DNA of 64,000 bases from NCBI RefSeq assembly GCF_000143415.4, contig NW_003314319.1, positions 772,365 through 836,364 of the forward strand, in the 5' to 3' direction. Below are positions 23,731 through 37,339 of the stretch, piece after piece. The notes beneath the pieces were generated by a model, which saw only the letters and a program-made list of their open reading frames with translations, did not search any database and was not told where the DNA came from. Made by a program: the position numbers and the translations under genes. Positions within the stretch are counted from its first letter, which is position 1. Every line of letters starts with the position of its first letter. The DNA is from Selaginella moellendorffii (taxonomy: Eukaryota; Plantae; Lycopodiophyta).

Positions 23731-26700
23731 ATCTAAAGTTCACATACTTCGCAATCATCCCCTTGAATGTCTGAATGAGCCATTCCACCAGACTGTCTGA
23801 TTGTGAATGATAAGCACTTGTGAAAGTGTGGCATATCCCCAACTGAGACGTCAAAACATGAAATGCCTCAGCCATAAATGCGGGACCATTATTCGAAAGA
23901 ATCTACTCTGGACAAGAATGCTGAAACACCACTCAATTGAGGAGGAAGTATCTAATAGTAGTTGTAGAGGCGCTAGCAAGAGCACCAACTTCCACCCAAC
24001 GAGTCAAATAGTTAGAAGAAATAATAACATACTCATTGCCAACAGTCAACAGTGGAAAAAGTCCCATAAGATCAAACGCCACTAACTCAAATGGATGGGA
24101 AACTGCAATTGACTCCAACCGTCCTTCCGCAACTCGAGAGGGAGTATTACGAGCTTGGCACCAAACGCAGCTATGCACGTACCGGATAATATCACGTCGC
24201 ATCTTCGGCCAATAGAAAGACTTATGCAGCTTCTTGATTACACAACGATGTCCTATATGCCCACCTAGAACAGGAGAATCATGGTAAGCATGGAGAAATC
24301 GTGGAATAAAGATAGAAGGCACCACCAGCCGTAAATGATCATCAAGATCCGTTCCCACAAAATAAAGAAGGCCATCTTCAAGGCGATATTGAGAATGTAA
24401 ATGCCAAAAAGGCAAGTCATCAGCAAGTGATGCAGGATTCTCAAACCCATCTTGAAGCCTTCGAATCCATGGCTCAAGCTTTTGAGCCTCGCGAACCTCA
24501 TCAAGCGAAGGTAGATCTTGCTCTGCACCTTGTGGACATTGAACATCAAGTATAGCAACTGCCGACAGCACAGAATCCTCGTCTAGAAAATCCATAGATG
24601 CTGGAACGACAGGCTGGTCAGAAACATGAGAAGAAAGTGGAGAAGGAAGAGGAGCTCGAGAAAGGGCATCAACATTAGCCATAGAACTCCCTGGGCGATG
24701 AACAACATCAAAATCATATATCTGAAGCTTCAAAGCCCACTAAGTAGTACGACCAACTAGGTTCTTCTGCTTCAATAATGAAGTAACAGCAGCATGGTCA
24801 CCTTCAAGTAACATCTGAGAACCATATAGATATGCATGAAGTTTCTCGAAACCCCAGACTGCTGCTAAACACTCCTTCTCTGTCGTGGAGTAGTTCATCT
24901 CCGCTGGTTGTAATGTACGGCTTATATATGCAATGGGATGGCGCTGACTAAGCACACTTGAGCTCTCTTGCATTAACACACCTCTAAGACCAATGTCAGA
25001 AGCATCCACATGCAAAATAAAAGGTCGAGTGTAGTTAGGATATGCCAAAACCGGAGGAGTTGTCAATAACTCTTTGAGATCCCCGAACACCTGCTCACAA
25101 TCCGAAGACCAAATGAAAGATGACGTTGATGACTTCAGCAATGCTCGCAACGGTGCAATGCAATCATAAAGCTAATCCACAAAACGCCCGAGATACTGCA
25201 CCTTGCTCAAGAAGCACTGCACATCATTCACACACTTTGGAGTAGGGAACTTTAGAATAACCATAAGTTTGTCAGGATCAACTTGCAAACCCTCACAAGA
25301 AATATATACCCAAGATAAGTTGTGTCCTTGGATCCAAACATGCACTTCGACCACTTCAGCTTTAAACCAACGTCGCGTAACTGATTCAACACTTTACAAA
25401 CATCACCAACGTGCTCTTCCCACGTCCCCTCCGAGTGGATCAAGACATCATCAATGAAGTCAGTAGTCATCTTCGGCATATCGCAAAGAACCTCGTCCAT
25501 CATCCATTGAAAAGTTACTGGAGCATTGTTCAAACTAAATGGCACACCAAGAACTCGTACAAACCAAATGGTGTACGAAAAGCAATCTTAAGAATATCTT
25601 CTTTGGCCATCGGTACTTGCCAGTACCCAAAAGCAAGATCTAGCTTGGTGAACCAATGACTTCGCACCAGACGATCTAAGAGATCAGTAGTGTGAGGAAG
25701 AGGGTACACATCTGGGATCGTTACGTCGTTTAACGGACAATAGTCGATACAGAAACGAATACTCCCATCAGGCTTCGTCACAAGATAAGGTTCACATGCC
25801 CAAGGACTTCGCGACTTCCAAATAACACTTTTCTCCAACATCTCCTTGACATTTGTATGTAAAATCTTGATCTCCTTTGGTGACTGACAATGAATAGGAA
25901 CCTTGATTGGACGAGCATCCCTAGTTGGAATCGGACGATGTGTGGCAATCTTGGCTCCAGACGATAGGTCAAATTCAAAGAGATCAGAATACTTCTTCAT
26001 GAGCTGGTCAACTGTTGCAACACAAAGATTGTCGGAGGGATCGAAAAAGGGAAGAGCATAAGATGATGGAAACATAGGAGGAAATAGTGGGGGAACAAAA
26101 GTAATGGAAGCAGAGGTAGAAGTAGAGGGATGAAGAGGTACGGAAGTGAGAGGAATGGATGAAATATAAGGAAGTATGAGACAAGGGGGAGAAGCCTCAA
26201 AGTCACATTTAGCATGATTGTGCTGCAACCAATCCATACCAAAAATGAGGTCAAAAGCTTAACTTGGCACCACCCGCAAAACTGCAACTCAAGCTCAAGA
26301 TCGCCACACGCACAACCAGGTCTACCTCATCCTATGCACATGCATGTGTACGGCCATTGCCATAAAGAATGAAAACTGGTTCCGCCGCACGACACAAGTG
26401 TAGACAACAACGTGTGGCAACAGGTTGAGCAATAAAAGATAAACTCGAACCTATATCAACCAACATGGAGAGAATAATAGGAGACCTCTTGTTATAAAGA
26501 CGAGCTTGGAAAGTAAACACTGGATGAACTGGTGCCGAGTGAACCCCTTGATGATACTCCCGAAAGAAAGATGGAGGGGTCACTAACTTATTCGTGCAAG
26601 GTCCCTCCATTACTCGAGCAACTCCTCGTTTCCCAGATGCATCTTGGTGTCCAAACCTTCCACTGCAGCAGCACCAATGGGACGTTGCTGACGCCAAGGT

Positions 26701-27476
26701 CTCCACCTAGGAAATGGAGGTTGCCAATCTAGAAAACGTCGACAACACTGATAAGTATGACCAACTTCATCACATGCCCAACAGCGAACATCATGGCCAC
26801 GACCACGTCCTCGCCCTTGGCCTTGGACTCGAGCAGCAGCAGCATCAACCTCCATTGGAATAGGACTATCACCCATAGGAAGTGGAGCTGAAGGACGTGC
26901 AGTGAGAAGAGGAAGAGGCGACACCTCATAACGTTGTGCCAAGCAAAGAGCATTGTCAAGGGTGGCGGGAGCAAGTGCATGCACAAATCTGACAAGATCT
27001 TGATGAAGTGCTAGCCACAACATTCCTAGCTTGATCCGCTCCGATATATTTGGCTCCGCACGAAGCAAAAGACTTCGGAAACGAACACCAAATTGCATCA
27101 CTAACTCAAATGGCCCTTGGCAAAGATGATGCAATTGTTGGAAGGCATCCTCATAGTCGTCGGCATGTCCGAAAGCACGTTTGAAGATGTTCGGGAGAAC
27201 ACTCCAATCCCCACAAGTGGCTGCGCTCAAACCATTGTACCACTGCAACGCCGTCCCTTGAAGACACGTGGGAAACTCATGCAAACATCAAGCATCATCC
27301 CAAGAATGATATGTGGCAATCACTGTGAAGTGATCAAACCAATAGTACACATCATCCCCAGGATTCCTGCGAAAAAACTCCAGCCAAATGCGAGGATTGG
27401 CACAAGAGTAGGAGGAGTTGTACCATGTGCCGTGAACACCACCATCAACTGAGTTTGGTTGTTCAATTGCAAACAC
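23731..27476 (-). pseudogene. Gypsy gag-pol (gag, protease, RT, RNase H, integrase N-part), frameshifted
   Basis: Zn knuckle CWACDEVGHTYQCC; protease LVDIGSS; RT RFCIDY, LDLAFGYWQV, FIDD; RNase H DASD, NYSTTEKECLA; integrase H...GHIG...CVWC. Confidence 0.9.
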
Positions 27477-27771
27477 ATAGCATCAAGCAATTGTACTAAT
27501 TGCTACTATAGAGTCAAAGGAGGAGATTGTTGATCTACCATGAAGATGAACGAAGAAAGAGCAAAAGAAGATAAATGACAAAAAGCTGGAAAGAAATGGT
27601 AGATCTAGACAATGCAAAAAGCTAAATCTAAACCAAAATCCTAAAAGGAAAGAACAAAAGAAAAGAAATGGAAAAAGTTAAATTTAGACGATGCAAAAGT
27701 TAGATCCAAACCAAAATCCCAAATCCAAGCATTCCTCAGGGACAATCAAAGGTGCCCCTCATCTCCACCAA

Positions 27772-27937
27772 TGTGAGTGCATGATATATATACAGAAATG
27801 TGCATATCAATTAGCCCAAAAACCCTAGCTTATATATAAGAGCGAGTGGTCTGGATTGAAACCAATCCGACGGCTACTAAAATCCCATTACACTAATATT
27901 AGTATATGGCATTGTAGCCATACACTTGGCCCTCACA
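27772..27937 (-). repeat. 5' LTR of the Gypsy element (166 bp)
   Basis: Direct repeat of 7152-7327; adjacent to CATCTCCACCA (tRNA-Ala-like PBS on the - strand). Confidence 0.9.
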
Positions 27938-28473
27938 ACACAAATTATATACAAAATACATATTGGATAATTGTAATTTTTTTTATCATATCAATTTAGG
28001 ATTTTATAACATTTTTTGTGGTGGCCAAATGTGGGCTATAAAATCCATGGGAAGGAATCCGAATGGCAAAGTTAGGCAAGGAACACTAATGTATTAAATG
28101 CTAAACCAACTTTTTTTTCTTTTGCAAGTGAGGAAGGCAAAAAACTTTTCATTCGTGGCACTGCCACAAGCAAAGATTGTGATGTAGGTCTCATGGGAAG
28201 TTTGTGGAGATAAACCTAGATGACTTTGTTATTTAAAATCTGAGCTGGTTATTCACTCCAAGATTCAAAGAAAATGAAGTGTAGTAGGCTTGAATTTGAT
28301 AATAAGAGTTGGGTATAGTGCTTTAGTAGGCTTGACTTTTACTGATTGATGGATGATAACAAAATGTATTAAAATGAATTTGATCAGTTAAAAGAATATT
28401 CTGCCAGCTGCATGCCTGCTCCCTCGTTGTTAAATAGGGGCAAACTATTTTGATAAATTACAATAATTCAAAA

Positions 28474-29520
28474 ATGGAAGATATTACTCTTCTTATGTTC
28501 GTGATTTGCTCTTCTCTCATACTATTTCCATCTGCAGCTATAGAACTTTGCAATTACACCATTGAGTTTTATGATTTCTCAAGCGGTCCTCGTATCAGAT
28601 GCAATGAACAGAGTGCTTCAGTCAAGCTCTCAAATCTCAATGGCGACTCTGCCCAAGTCACTGGCTTGAAAGGCTCTTTCTGTGGAGGGAATTCTGCAAC
28701 AGTCATGGCACCTTGTGACTACTGCATTATCACTATAAATGTCTCCCCTCAAAGAATGGTTCCAGGCTTGGTGACGGTTTTTCGTGAAGGAATGTTGGAA
28801 AATGAGTACTTCTTCCGTTTTTCAAGTGAAGTGCTCACTGAGTGTCCCGGTTTTAACGTCGCTAGTAATTTTGCCATTGGCTTCAATCGGGAGTTTTTCC
28901 TCTTTCCAACAACATGCATGTACAATTCAAGATCAAATTTCCTGATGTGTCCTGGTTGCTCAGCTTCAGGGACGGTAAATAATTCTTTATCATATCCTTC
29001 ACAAATCCAAATTAACATTTTTCAACTTTTTTTGGCTTATATTTCAACTTAGTGCTCGTATTCCATCAAGCTGGATGCCCAGACATTGTTCCTATGTGTC
29101 ACAAGTCAGAAGATTGAGGTGTCAATTTACAACGATTACGATAGAAATGTTGGGCGGGGATCTGGGGAGTCTGCAGCTTTTGTAGCATCTCGCAGTGACT
29201 TTCAGCAAGGAATCACTGTCATTGGGCGATGCGTGGATTTTTGTGCAGTTGGGGTTCAGATATATGATACAAGTTGCTCATATCAAGTGAATCAGGTGAA
29301 TGTTATGGGTTCAAACAACATCTCTCGTACTTTCCAGGTTGGTGAAACCTTAAGCCCGAACCAAGTCATCTTCCTAAGGAACTATGCTTCAGTATACAGA
29401 ACTCAGTGTGGTCGGCCTAATCCATACCCCATCATGATTGGTGGAACAACTGTACTCGTTCCAAGGGCCTGTGAAACTAACTTTACTGCTACACCAACTA
29501 GAATCACATGTCCATGCTAA
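28474..29520 (+). CDS. Secreted Cys-rich protein (~322 aa) with two PLAT/ATS3-like repeats; intron 28975-29052
   Basis: Hydrophobic leader MEDITLLMFVICSSLILFPSAA; a phase-0 GT-AG intron joins the two ORFs; halves start CNYTIEF and CSYSIKL and contain PCDYC/RCVDFC. Confidence 0.65.
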
Positions 29521-30653
29521 GGAAACTTAAGCATGGAAATAATAAAAATAATGGGGGCCAGTCCTACGAAGACAGTCAGACCTGAATTTCAGAATAATGT
29601 TGAGTATTTAGGTCCTCCTAGTGTGCCATGTGGAGTGGACACATCAGCTAGTTAAGAGTTGTGACCTTTCGTTAATTGCTGAATATACTTATTATAATGC
29701 ATCAGAGACTTCTTCCAGAATTCCTACATGGTATCAGAGACTGAGTTTTGCTGATATTCAGAGAGCCCTATGGAGAAATAAGATGGTAGTGATCCAGATT
29801 GAACCACCAGATGTGGTGGAAAGATGAAAGCATTTAGATGATGCTTTCAGCATGAGGAACAACTCAGATTTTGGCCTAGTGAGTGATTTGAGTTAACAGA
29901 GGATCTAGGCAATGGAGGATTCCCTTTTCTGGTAGATTGTTTGCATCCCATGTGCTAGAAGCCAAGAACGAGATGGTGCTGAGATTGCAATTGGTGGCAG
30001 GGGAGAAATGCCAGGGCACAGAGTGCTCAGACTGGTCACATGGGGGAATGTCAGCCAAAGGAACAGTGACATCCAATTGGGTAGGAACCCATCAGGCACA
30101 TATATGCAAAATACATATTGGATAACTATACTTTTTTTATCATATCAATTTGGGATCTTGGAACATTTTTTGTGGTGGCCAAGTGTGGGCTATAAAATCC
30201 ATTGGGAGGAATCCAAATAACAAAGTTAGGCAAGGAACACTAATGTGTTAAATGCTAAACCAACTTTATTTTCTTTTGCAGGTGAGGAAGGTAGAAAACT
30301 TTTTATTTGTGGCATTGCCACATGCAAGGATTGTGATGCAGGTCTTATGGGAAGTTTGTGGAGATAAACCTAGTTGACTTTGTTATTTAAAATCTAAGTT
30401 GGTTATTCACTCCAAGATTCAAAGAAAATGAAGTGTAATAGGCTTGAATTTGATAATAGGAGTTGGGTATAATGCTTTAGTAAGCTTGACTTTTACTGAT
30501 TGATGGATGATAACAAAATGTATTAAAATGAATTTGATCAGTTACGAGAATATTCTGCCAGCTGCATGCCTGCTCCCTCTCTATTAAATAGGGGCAAACT
30601 ATTTTGGTAAATTACAATAATTCAAAAATGGAGATATTACTTTTCTTCTGTTC

Positions 30654-31670
30654 ATGATTTGCTCTTCTCTCATACTATTTCTATCTGCAGCTGTAAAACT
30701 TTGCAATTACACCATTGAGTTTTATGATTTCTCAAGCGGTTTTCGTATCAACTACAATGAACAGAGTGCTTCAGTCAAGCTCTCAAATCTCAATGGCAAC
30801 TCTGCCCAAGTCACTAGCTTGAAAGGCTATTTCTGTGGAGGGAATTTTGCAACAGTCATGGCACCTTGTGACTACTGCATTGCCACTATAAATGTCTCCC
30901 CTCAAAGAATGGTTCCAGGCTTGGTGACGGTTTCTCATGAAGGAATGTTGGAAAAGGAGTACTTCTTCCGTTTTTCAAGTGAAGTGCTCACTGATTGTCC
31001 CTGTTTCGACGTCGCTAGTGATTTTGCCATTGGCTTCAATCAGCAATTTTTCCTCTTTCCAACAACATACATGTACAATTCAAGATCAAATTTCCTGATG
31101 TGTCCTGGTTGCTTAGCTTCGGGGACAGTAAATAATTCTTTATCATATCCTTCACAAATCCAAATTAATATTTTTCAACTTTTTTTGGCTTATATTTCAA
31201 CTTAGTGCTCGTATTCCATCAAGCTGGATGCCCAGACATTGTTCCTATGTGTCACAAGTCAGAAGATTGAGGTGTCAATCTACAACAATTACGATAGAAA
31301 TGTTAGGCGGGGATCTGGGGAGTCTGCAGCTTTTGTAGCATCTCGCAGTGACTTTGAGCAAGGAATCACTGTCATTGGGCGATGCGTGGATTTTTGTGCA
31401 GTCGGGGTTCAGATATATGATACAAGTTGCTCATATCAAGTGAATCAAGTGAATGTTATGGGTTCAAACAACATCTCTCGTACTTTCCAGGTTGGTGCAA
31501 CCTTAAGCCCAAACCAAGGCATCATCCAGAGGAGCTATGCTTCAGTATACAGAACTCAGTGCGGTCAGCCTAATCCGTACCCCATCATAATTGGTGGAAC
31601 AACTGTACTTGTTCCAAGGGCCTGTGAAACTAACTTTACTGCTACACCAACTAGAATCACATGTCCATGA
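30654..31670 (+). CDS. Tandem paralog of the 28474 gene; original ATG (30628) frameshifted, alternative ATG at 30654
   Basis: ~2.15-kb tandem duplication (~27950-30100 vs ~30100-32250); same exon structure. Confidence 0.55.
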
Positions 31671-32791
31671 TAAGGAAACTTAAGCATGGAAATAATAAAA
31701 ATAATGGGTGGCCAGTCCTATGAAGATGGTCAGACCTGAATTTCAGAATAATGTTGAGTATTTAGGTCCTCCTAGTGTGCCATGTGGAGTGGACACATCA
31801 GCTAGTTAAGAGTTGTGACCTTTCGTTAATTGCTGAATATACTTATTATAATGCATCAGAGACTTCTTCCAGAATTCCTACATGGTATCAGAGACTTGAG
31901 TTTTGCTGATATTCAGAGAGCCCTATGGAGGAATAAGATGGTAGCAATCCAGATGAACCACCAGATGTGGTGGAAAGATGAAAGCATTTAGATGATGTTT
32001 TCAGCATGAGGAACAACTCAGATTCTGGCCTGGTGAGTGATTTGAGTTAACAGAGGATCTAGGCAATGGAGGATTCCCTTTTCTGGTAGATTGTTTGCAT
32101 CCCATGTGCTAGAAGCCGAGAAGGAGATGGTGCTGAGATTGCAATTGGTGGCATGAGAGAAATGCTAGGGCCACAGAGTGCTCAGACTGGTCACATGGGG
32201 AAATGTCAGCCAAAGGAACAGTGACATCCAATTGGGTAGGAACCCATCAGGTGCCCTAATAGAAAGAGGGAGAGAGCAGCAATGAGAGATGAATTGCCCA
32301 CAATCTGCAGAGCATAGATACAATTTCTTGAAAGATGCATGTGATAAGGATTTTCCCAGGCTCATGTCAGATGAGGATTTAGGTCCTCTTATGACATGAG
32401 TGTATCATGTGGAATGGACACATCAACAATCATGGTAATTAAGAGTTGTGACATTTCGTTAATTGCTGTATATACTTATTATAATGCAATGATGATCGAA
32501 CCCATTGTGACCCTTCATCTAAATTTCCAACAAATAAAATGTGTGATGTTATGTTCTATCATTCAAAATGATAAAGCCTATTAAATTTGAATATTCAACT
32601 AAAACCAGAGTTAATGAACCAAAATGAAGATAGATTGATTTTTGTTTTTGAAAATAAAACTAAAACCATTGACTTATAAATCTTAAACTATAAACACTTA
32701 ATTAATCTACTTTTAATTTGTTTAGCTTTTTCAGATTTTTCTTAATTTAAATAAAAACATTTAAGTCTTAAAGCAGCTTTACATTAACCTT

Positions 32792-33563
32792 CTACCAAGA
32801 GGCACAGAAGGTGATGAGATAATCAGACCCTGCAGTGCAAAACAGCGGAACATTAGTATCATCAAACGGGTAAGTCTTTGCCCGAGGACAACACTCCTTG
32901 AACAGCAAACTGAACTGATTTGTATGGCATTTATCCGGTCCCAAGAACTCATCCTCGCAGCAAAACTCATCAGCGCCAAACGCTAAGAAAGGACTGTTGC
33001 AAGCAACTGGAGTTCCCCTCGAATTCCAAACCAGCAGCTCCGAAGGACACCGCGAATTCAAGTCGCAGCTGCAGCCACCACTGAGGCAAACCGGATTGCT
33101 GCTTGAAACTTTCACCGCCAAGTTGTAGCCTTCGACCAGAGAGACGCTGTACTCGTCGATGAAATCGCGATGGAGCTTGAACTCGACTGTGGTAGCCGGG
33201 GGCGAATAAGTGCTGTTGCATCCGATTGCATTTGAGCAATCTCCTGTTTCGCAGCAGCCTGTGCCTAGAACTGTGTCAAACTGACAATTGGGGCGCCCCC
33301 AGAACTTGCCTGACCATCCCGTCGAAGCATAAACGTCAAAGAGTTGCCATGAGTCTAGCTTTGATCCTCCCTTTCCCAGCTGCGGATGACCGGAGTTTGG
33401 TAACCACGCAGGCCAAACGGGGAATGGACATGCGTTCCAGAGACGAATCCTTGTTGCTTCGGTTCCTGGTAACGGAGTGAACACAGAAAACAGAAGCAGG
33501 GAGATGCTTACCACTTCCGAAGATCAAAAGCTGAAGAAGCTTGAAGCTTGAAGGCGATTTCAT
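32792..33563 (-). CDS. Thaumatin-like protein (PR-5 family); intron 33466-33511
   Basis: NACPFPVWPA, WSGKFWGRPNC, CETGDC, PPATTVEF, YSVSLVEGYNL, YPFDD, YLITFC; a 46-nt intron joins leader MKSPSSFKLLQLLIFGSG in frame. Confidence 0.9.
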
Positions 33564-33745
33564 TGCTTCCGTAATGCCTCCTCTTCTGCAAAAGCTTTTG
33601 TACCAGGGGAAAGGAAAAGTAAAGCTGCTGATGCTGTCGTTCACTTGTAGCTAGAGTTGTCTCCACGAAACCACAAACACCTGAAACTTCAGTCACAAGC
33701 ATTACCGTAGTTTAAAGGCTTCCGAATGCAAACTCCAGAATCTAA

Positions 33746-35889
33746 ATGGCTTCCTTCCTCCCTCCTTCTACCTTGACTAGCCGCAACGTATTGGCTCCAG
33801 TGATCGTTTTCCTGATTCTCACAATCTCTGGTATAGGATTGCTTCAGCGTATGACGGATGATGTCTGGGACTGGAGCTGGGCAAAGGAACTGGATTTTAT
33901 AGCACGGCCATCCTCTGGCCGGATCCTGGTAACAACCAGAAAGGAAGGCATTTTGTGCAGCCTGGATGCAAAGGCATTTCCTGTGCATGAGCTATCAATG
34001 GACGAAAGTAAAAAGATGTTTTGGAAGTTTGCCTTCGGTGTGCATGATCCACAACCCAGTGACCCTGATGTTGTGAGATTTGCCGAGGAAATAGCTCAAA
34101 AATGTGAGGGACTTCCTCTAGCTCTGGAAGTGATTGGCAGTGCCATGGCTGTCCACAGAAGTGAAGGGCCACATGTGTGGGAAGAACGATATAAGAGGTT
34201 GCACTTGTCCAATGACCCAGACGTTGAGAAGCAGATGTTCAAGCGCTTGAAGTTCAGCTATGACGAGCTGGGAAACTATGAGGGTGAAAAGCTGCAAGAG
34301 TGCTTTCTCTATGTGGCCGCATTCCCAGAAGACAAGAAGATTGAGTTTTCTGAGTTGAGGAAATGTTGGATGGAGGTTGGGTCAGAACTCTCACCCACAC
34401 CGATTGTCAATGAACTGGAACGGAGATGTCTGGTCAAATAGATAAGTCTTGGAGGGATGACGAATTTATAATCGTACACGATATGCTACGCAAACTGTGC
34501 ATAAGAATCTTAAAAGGGAAGTACGGTCCACAGCAAGAGCACGAGAAGGGATGCCTGTTTGGATATGACTGGACAATTGGCATTCAGGATGCAACATTTG
34601 CTAAAGTCTCATTCATCTCAAAGAATGTTAGCAGCTATTTATCCGATAATCATGTGCGAGATGTCTTACTTTTGGATAAATGTGAAGGAGTTTCTAATGT
34701 GGATGACAGTCTTATCAAACGCATAGAAGGTGTCAAGGTACTGAGCTTGCGGGAATATGCTATGAGATCCATTTTATTCCAGAGAGCATTTCCAAGCTGA
34801 AAAATCTTCAAGTGCTTGACATTCGAGGAACAGATGTGAGTGAATTACCAGATGCGCTTTTCAGCCTGACATCGCTGAAATTTCTAAAATGTGATTCATG
34901 CACGCAGTTTAACATTGCATTACTCCCCCAGCTCTCCAACTTGGAAGAGCTGGAGCTCGACGTTGATCCAAACGAGGACTCATCAGTTGTGGATTGGACT
35001 AGAATTTCGCGTAAACTAAGACATTTAAATCTAGAAATGAGACAGGGTCCAATGAAGGTGCCAGAAAGCATGGGGACACTGGAGCACATTGAAACATTGT
35101 ATTTATGTGCAAAGAGCATCGACTTTGCCAGTGTCGTTGGACGATGGCAACTTATCAACCTAACACCATGTGAAATTTGTGTGGAGTACATCAGTAGAGC
35201 TCCCTTGAAGCGAATGTTTAAGAACTCAATCAGGCTTCAACAGTTTTACATCGATGGGGTAGAAGACAGTGAAAATAGTGATGACAGCTTTAAATGGTTG
35301 CCCCACCACCTAGAAACACTTGACATTGACTGCGGTGGTATCACTTGTTCAACCTGGATGGATCATTCCCTTGTCTTGGATATCTGCGTCTTACTAATCT
35401 ACACATTGCACAGTCAGAATTCAAGGATGATTTGGCTGCCAGTCTTCCAAATCTGAAGCAGTTGGACTTTTGGCTAGCTCCTGATATTGAATGGGAACAC
35501 TCGCCTCTCTTTGTGGCACAGCTCCCCAATCGCCTCGAGAGTCTGAAAATAACGGGTTGCATAAAGAGACTGTTGTTGCCAACAGAGAGGTCATCACTCA
35601 AAGGCTCAGATTCTGGTGCACGAAGATGCAAAATGATTTCTTTGAGCCATCAGATCAAATGACTGATATAGAAGATGTGCGCTTTGATGAGACTATCGTT
35701 CCATTGTCCATTGCATCGCTGCCAGGTTTGAAACGTCTTACCATTTATGGGCGAAGCGTCATACAGAACGAAGCACTGTGGTTCCACACTCAGAGCCAGG
35801 GCGCACTTCCCAGGCTGGAATCGCTAATCTGCCCGGAAGGCATGAAAATTCCACCTTGGCTTGAGGACCGCCCCAATCTCAAGATATAG
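33746..35889 (+). pseudogene. NLR copy 2: foreign hydrophobic N-terminus fused at Walker B; frameshifted
   Basis: MASFLPP...VIVFLILTISGIGLLQRM joined to DDVWDWSW at ~33856; frameshifts at ~34440, ~34760, ~35345 and ~35600. Confidence 0.85.
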
Positions 35890-35994
35890 AAGTTTTAATT
35901 TCCAAAGCGTTTTCTGTAGTTTTGACGTCTCACCTTTACGTAGTTCGACATATTTCTACTCTAAATCAATATATACAAAAATGCGACTGCACCG

Positions 35995-36945
35995 CTACTC
36001 TTCCACCAGGAGAGCTTCGCCTCTCACGCCCCTGGCAATCTCTAGCACCTCGGGTTTGCTCCTTGTCAATTCCAATTCTTGTTCAGCTGCTACCTCGGTT
36101 TTGCGCACAGCAGCACCACCTTTGCCGGCTCTTATCCTCGCCAGGAAACCTCTCACGAGAGCCTGCATTTTCGTCGCAGCGCCCTGGATGTACACGGCCT
36201 GGATCCGCTTCTCACGCTCGATGCGCAGAGTGAGAGGCAACCCCTGCGTTAATTCGAGCCAAACGTAAGTATCAAAAGCTTGGAATAGCAGCTACTTACA
36301 GTTGGTCCGATCTTATACAGCGTCAGCGTTTCCAGCAGCTCCTTGAAAGGGATTCCTTTGTTTGGAACTCGAAAACTCATCACCTCGTACTCTATTCTCA
36401 TCTACCTGAGGAGAACAAAGAAAAAAACGAGTGAGAGACAAAGAGAGATTGACAGGAACCCGCGAAACCATTGGGTCGAGTATTTGTAGCGCCGGCCGAA
36501 CGGATCCCCGAGGGCGTTTCAAATCGTCGCAGCTTGTGCATGCCAATGTATCCTGTAGCACTGGACGATTGTAAAGTTAGTTCTACAAGGACTTGAACGT
36601 TAAGTGGCTTACTTGGGATCGAATCGTTCTTGGCTCCACAAGTTTCTATATGCTAACAGGTGCTCCAGCATGACCATAGAGTTCTCGTTCACAAGGCCGA
36701 AGGTTACAGCATCCAGTATGACAGCCACCAACAAGTTCATGAATATGTGACTCCCGACCAAGACCAAGAAGGCAAAGAAGATAATGCCGCCCTCTGGATA
36801 GCCACAATCATCGCCGAGTAGTGTTTTACCGTTGGTGCAGGCGGGTGCATCAATTGTGGTATCCATCATAACGCAAGACCAGTTATCAAGAGTTGTAACC
36901 TGTACAAGAACAGCGAAACTGAAAGTGATAGAAAAACAAGCCTCA
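35995..36945 (-). pseudogene. Channel copy B: domain IV pore, S6 and C-tail with IQ motif
   Basis: QVTTLDNWSCVM pore loop, FMNLLVAVILD S6, AATKMQALVRGFLARIR IQ motif. Confidence 0.85.
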
Positions 36946-37339
36946 GAGGTGAACTCCTGCTCCGAAATTTGCTGCCATCCGGGAGCAAGATCTGCGAGAG
37001 AGGTCCTGCCAGGAGTTCTGCGCTGCCTTGGTATAAGCTCGTATGGCTTGGTCATAATGCACCGCTTTAAAGCCTCCCGCTCCCCTTCCAAGCGACATGA
37101 TCGATTTTCTGGCAGAGAGAACAGCGACGGAGGGAGAAGCGGTCCTCGTCGGGATCCAATCCACGTCGGGAGAAGCGGTCCTCGATGGTTCCCACTCGAT
37201 CATCTTTGGAGGCGGCGGCGCTTCCGCAAGATCATCGCGCATGAAATCCTCGTCGCCGTCAATCTGTGCCTCCTGTGGCTGCCTCGCCCTGGAGAAGAGC
37301 TCTTGTTTGTTGTCGGCCGCCCATAGAGCCGAGCGGTCT

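Larger units (their letters stand above)
7152..27937 (-). mobile_element. Ty3/Gypsy LTR retrotransposon (degenerate) interrupted by a 15.8-kb DNA transposon
   Basis: LTRs 7152-7327 and 27772-27937 (TG...CA); PBS TGGTGGAGATGAGGGG beside the right LTR; PPT-like AAGAGGAGGGGA beside the left LTR; gag-PR-RT-RH-IN order; 4-bp flanks ACAC/ACAC. Confidence 0.9.
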
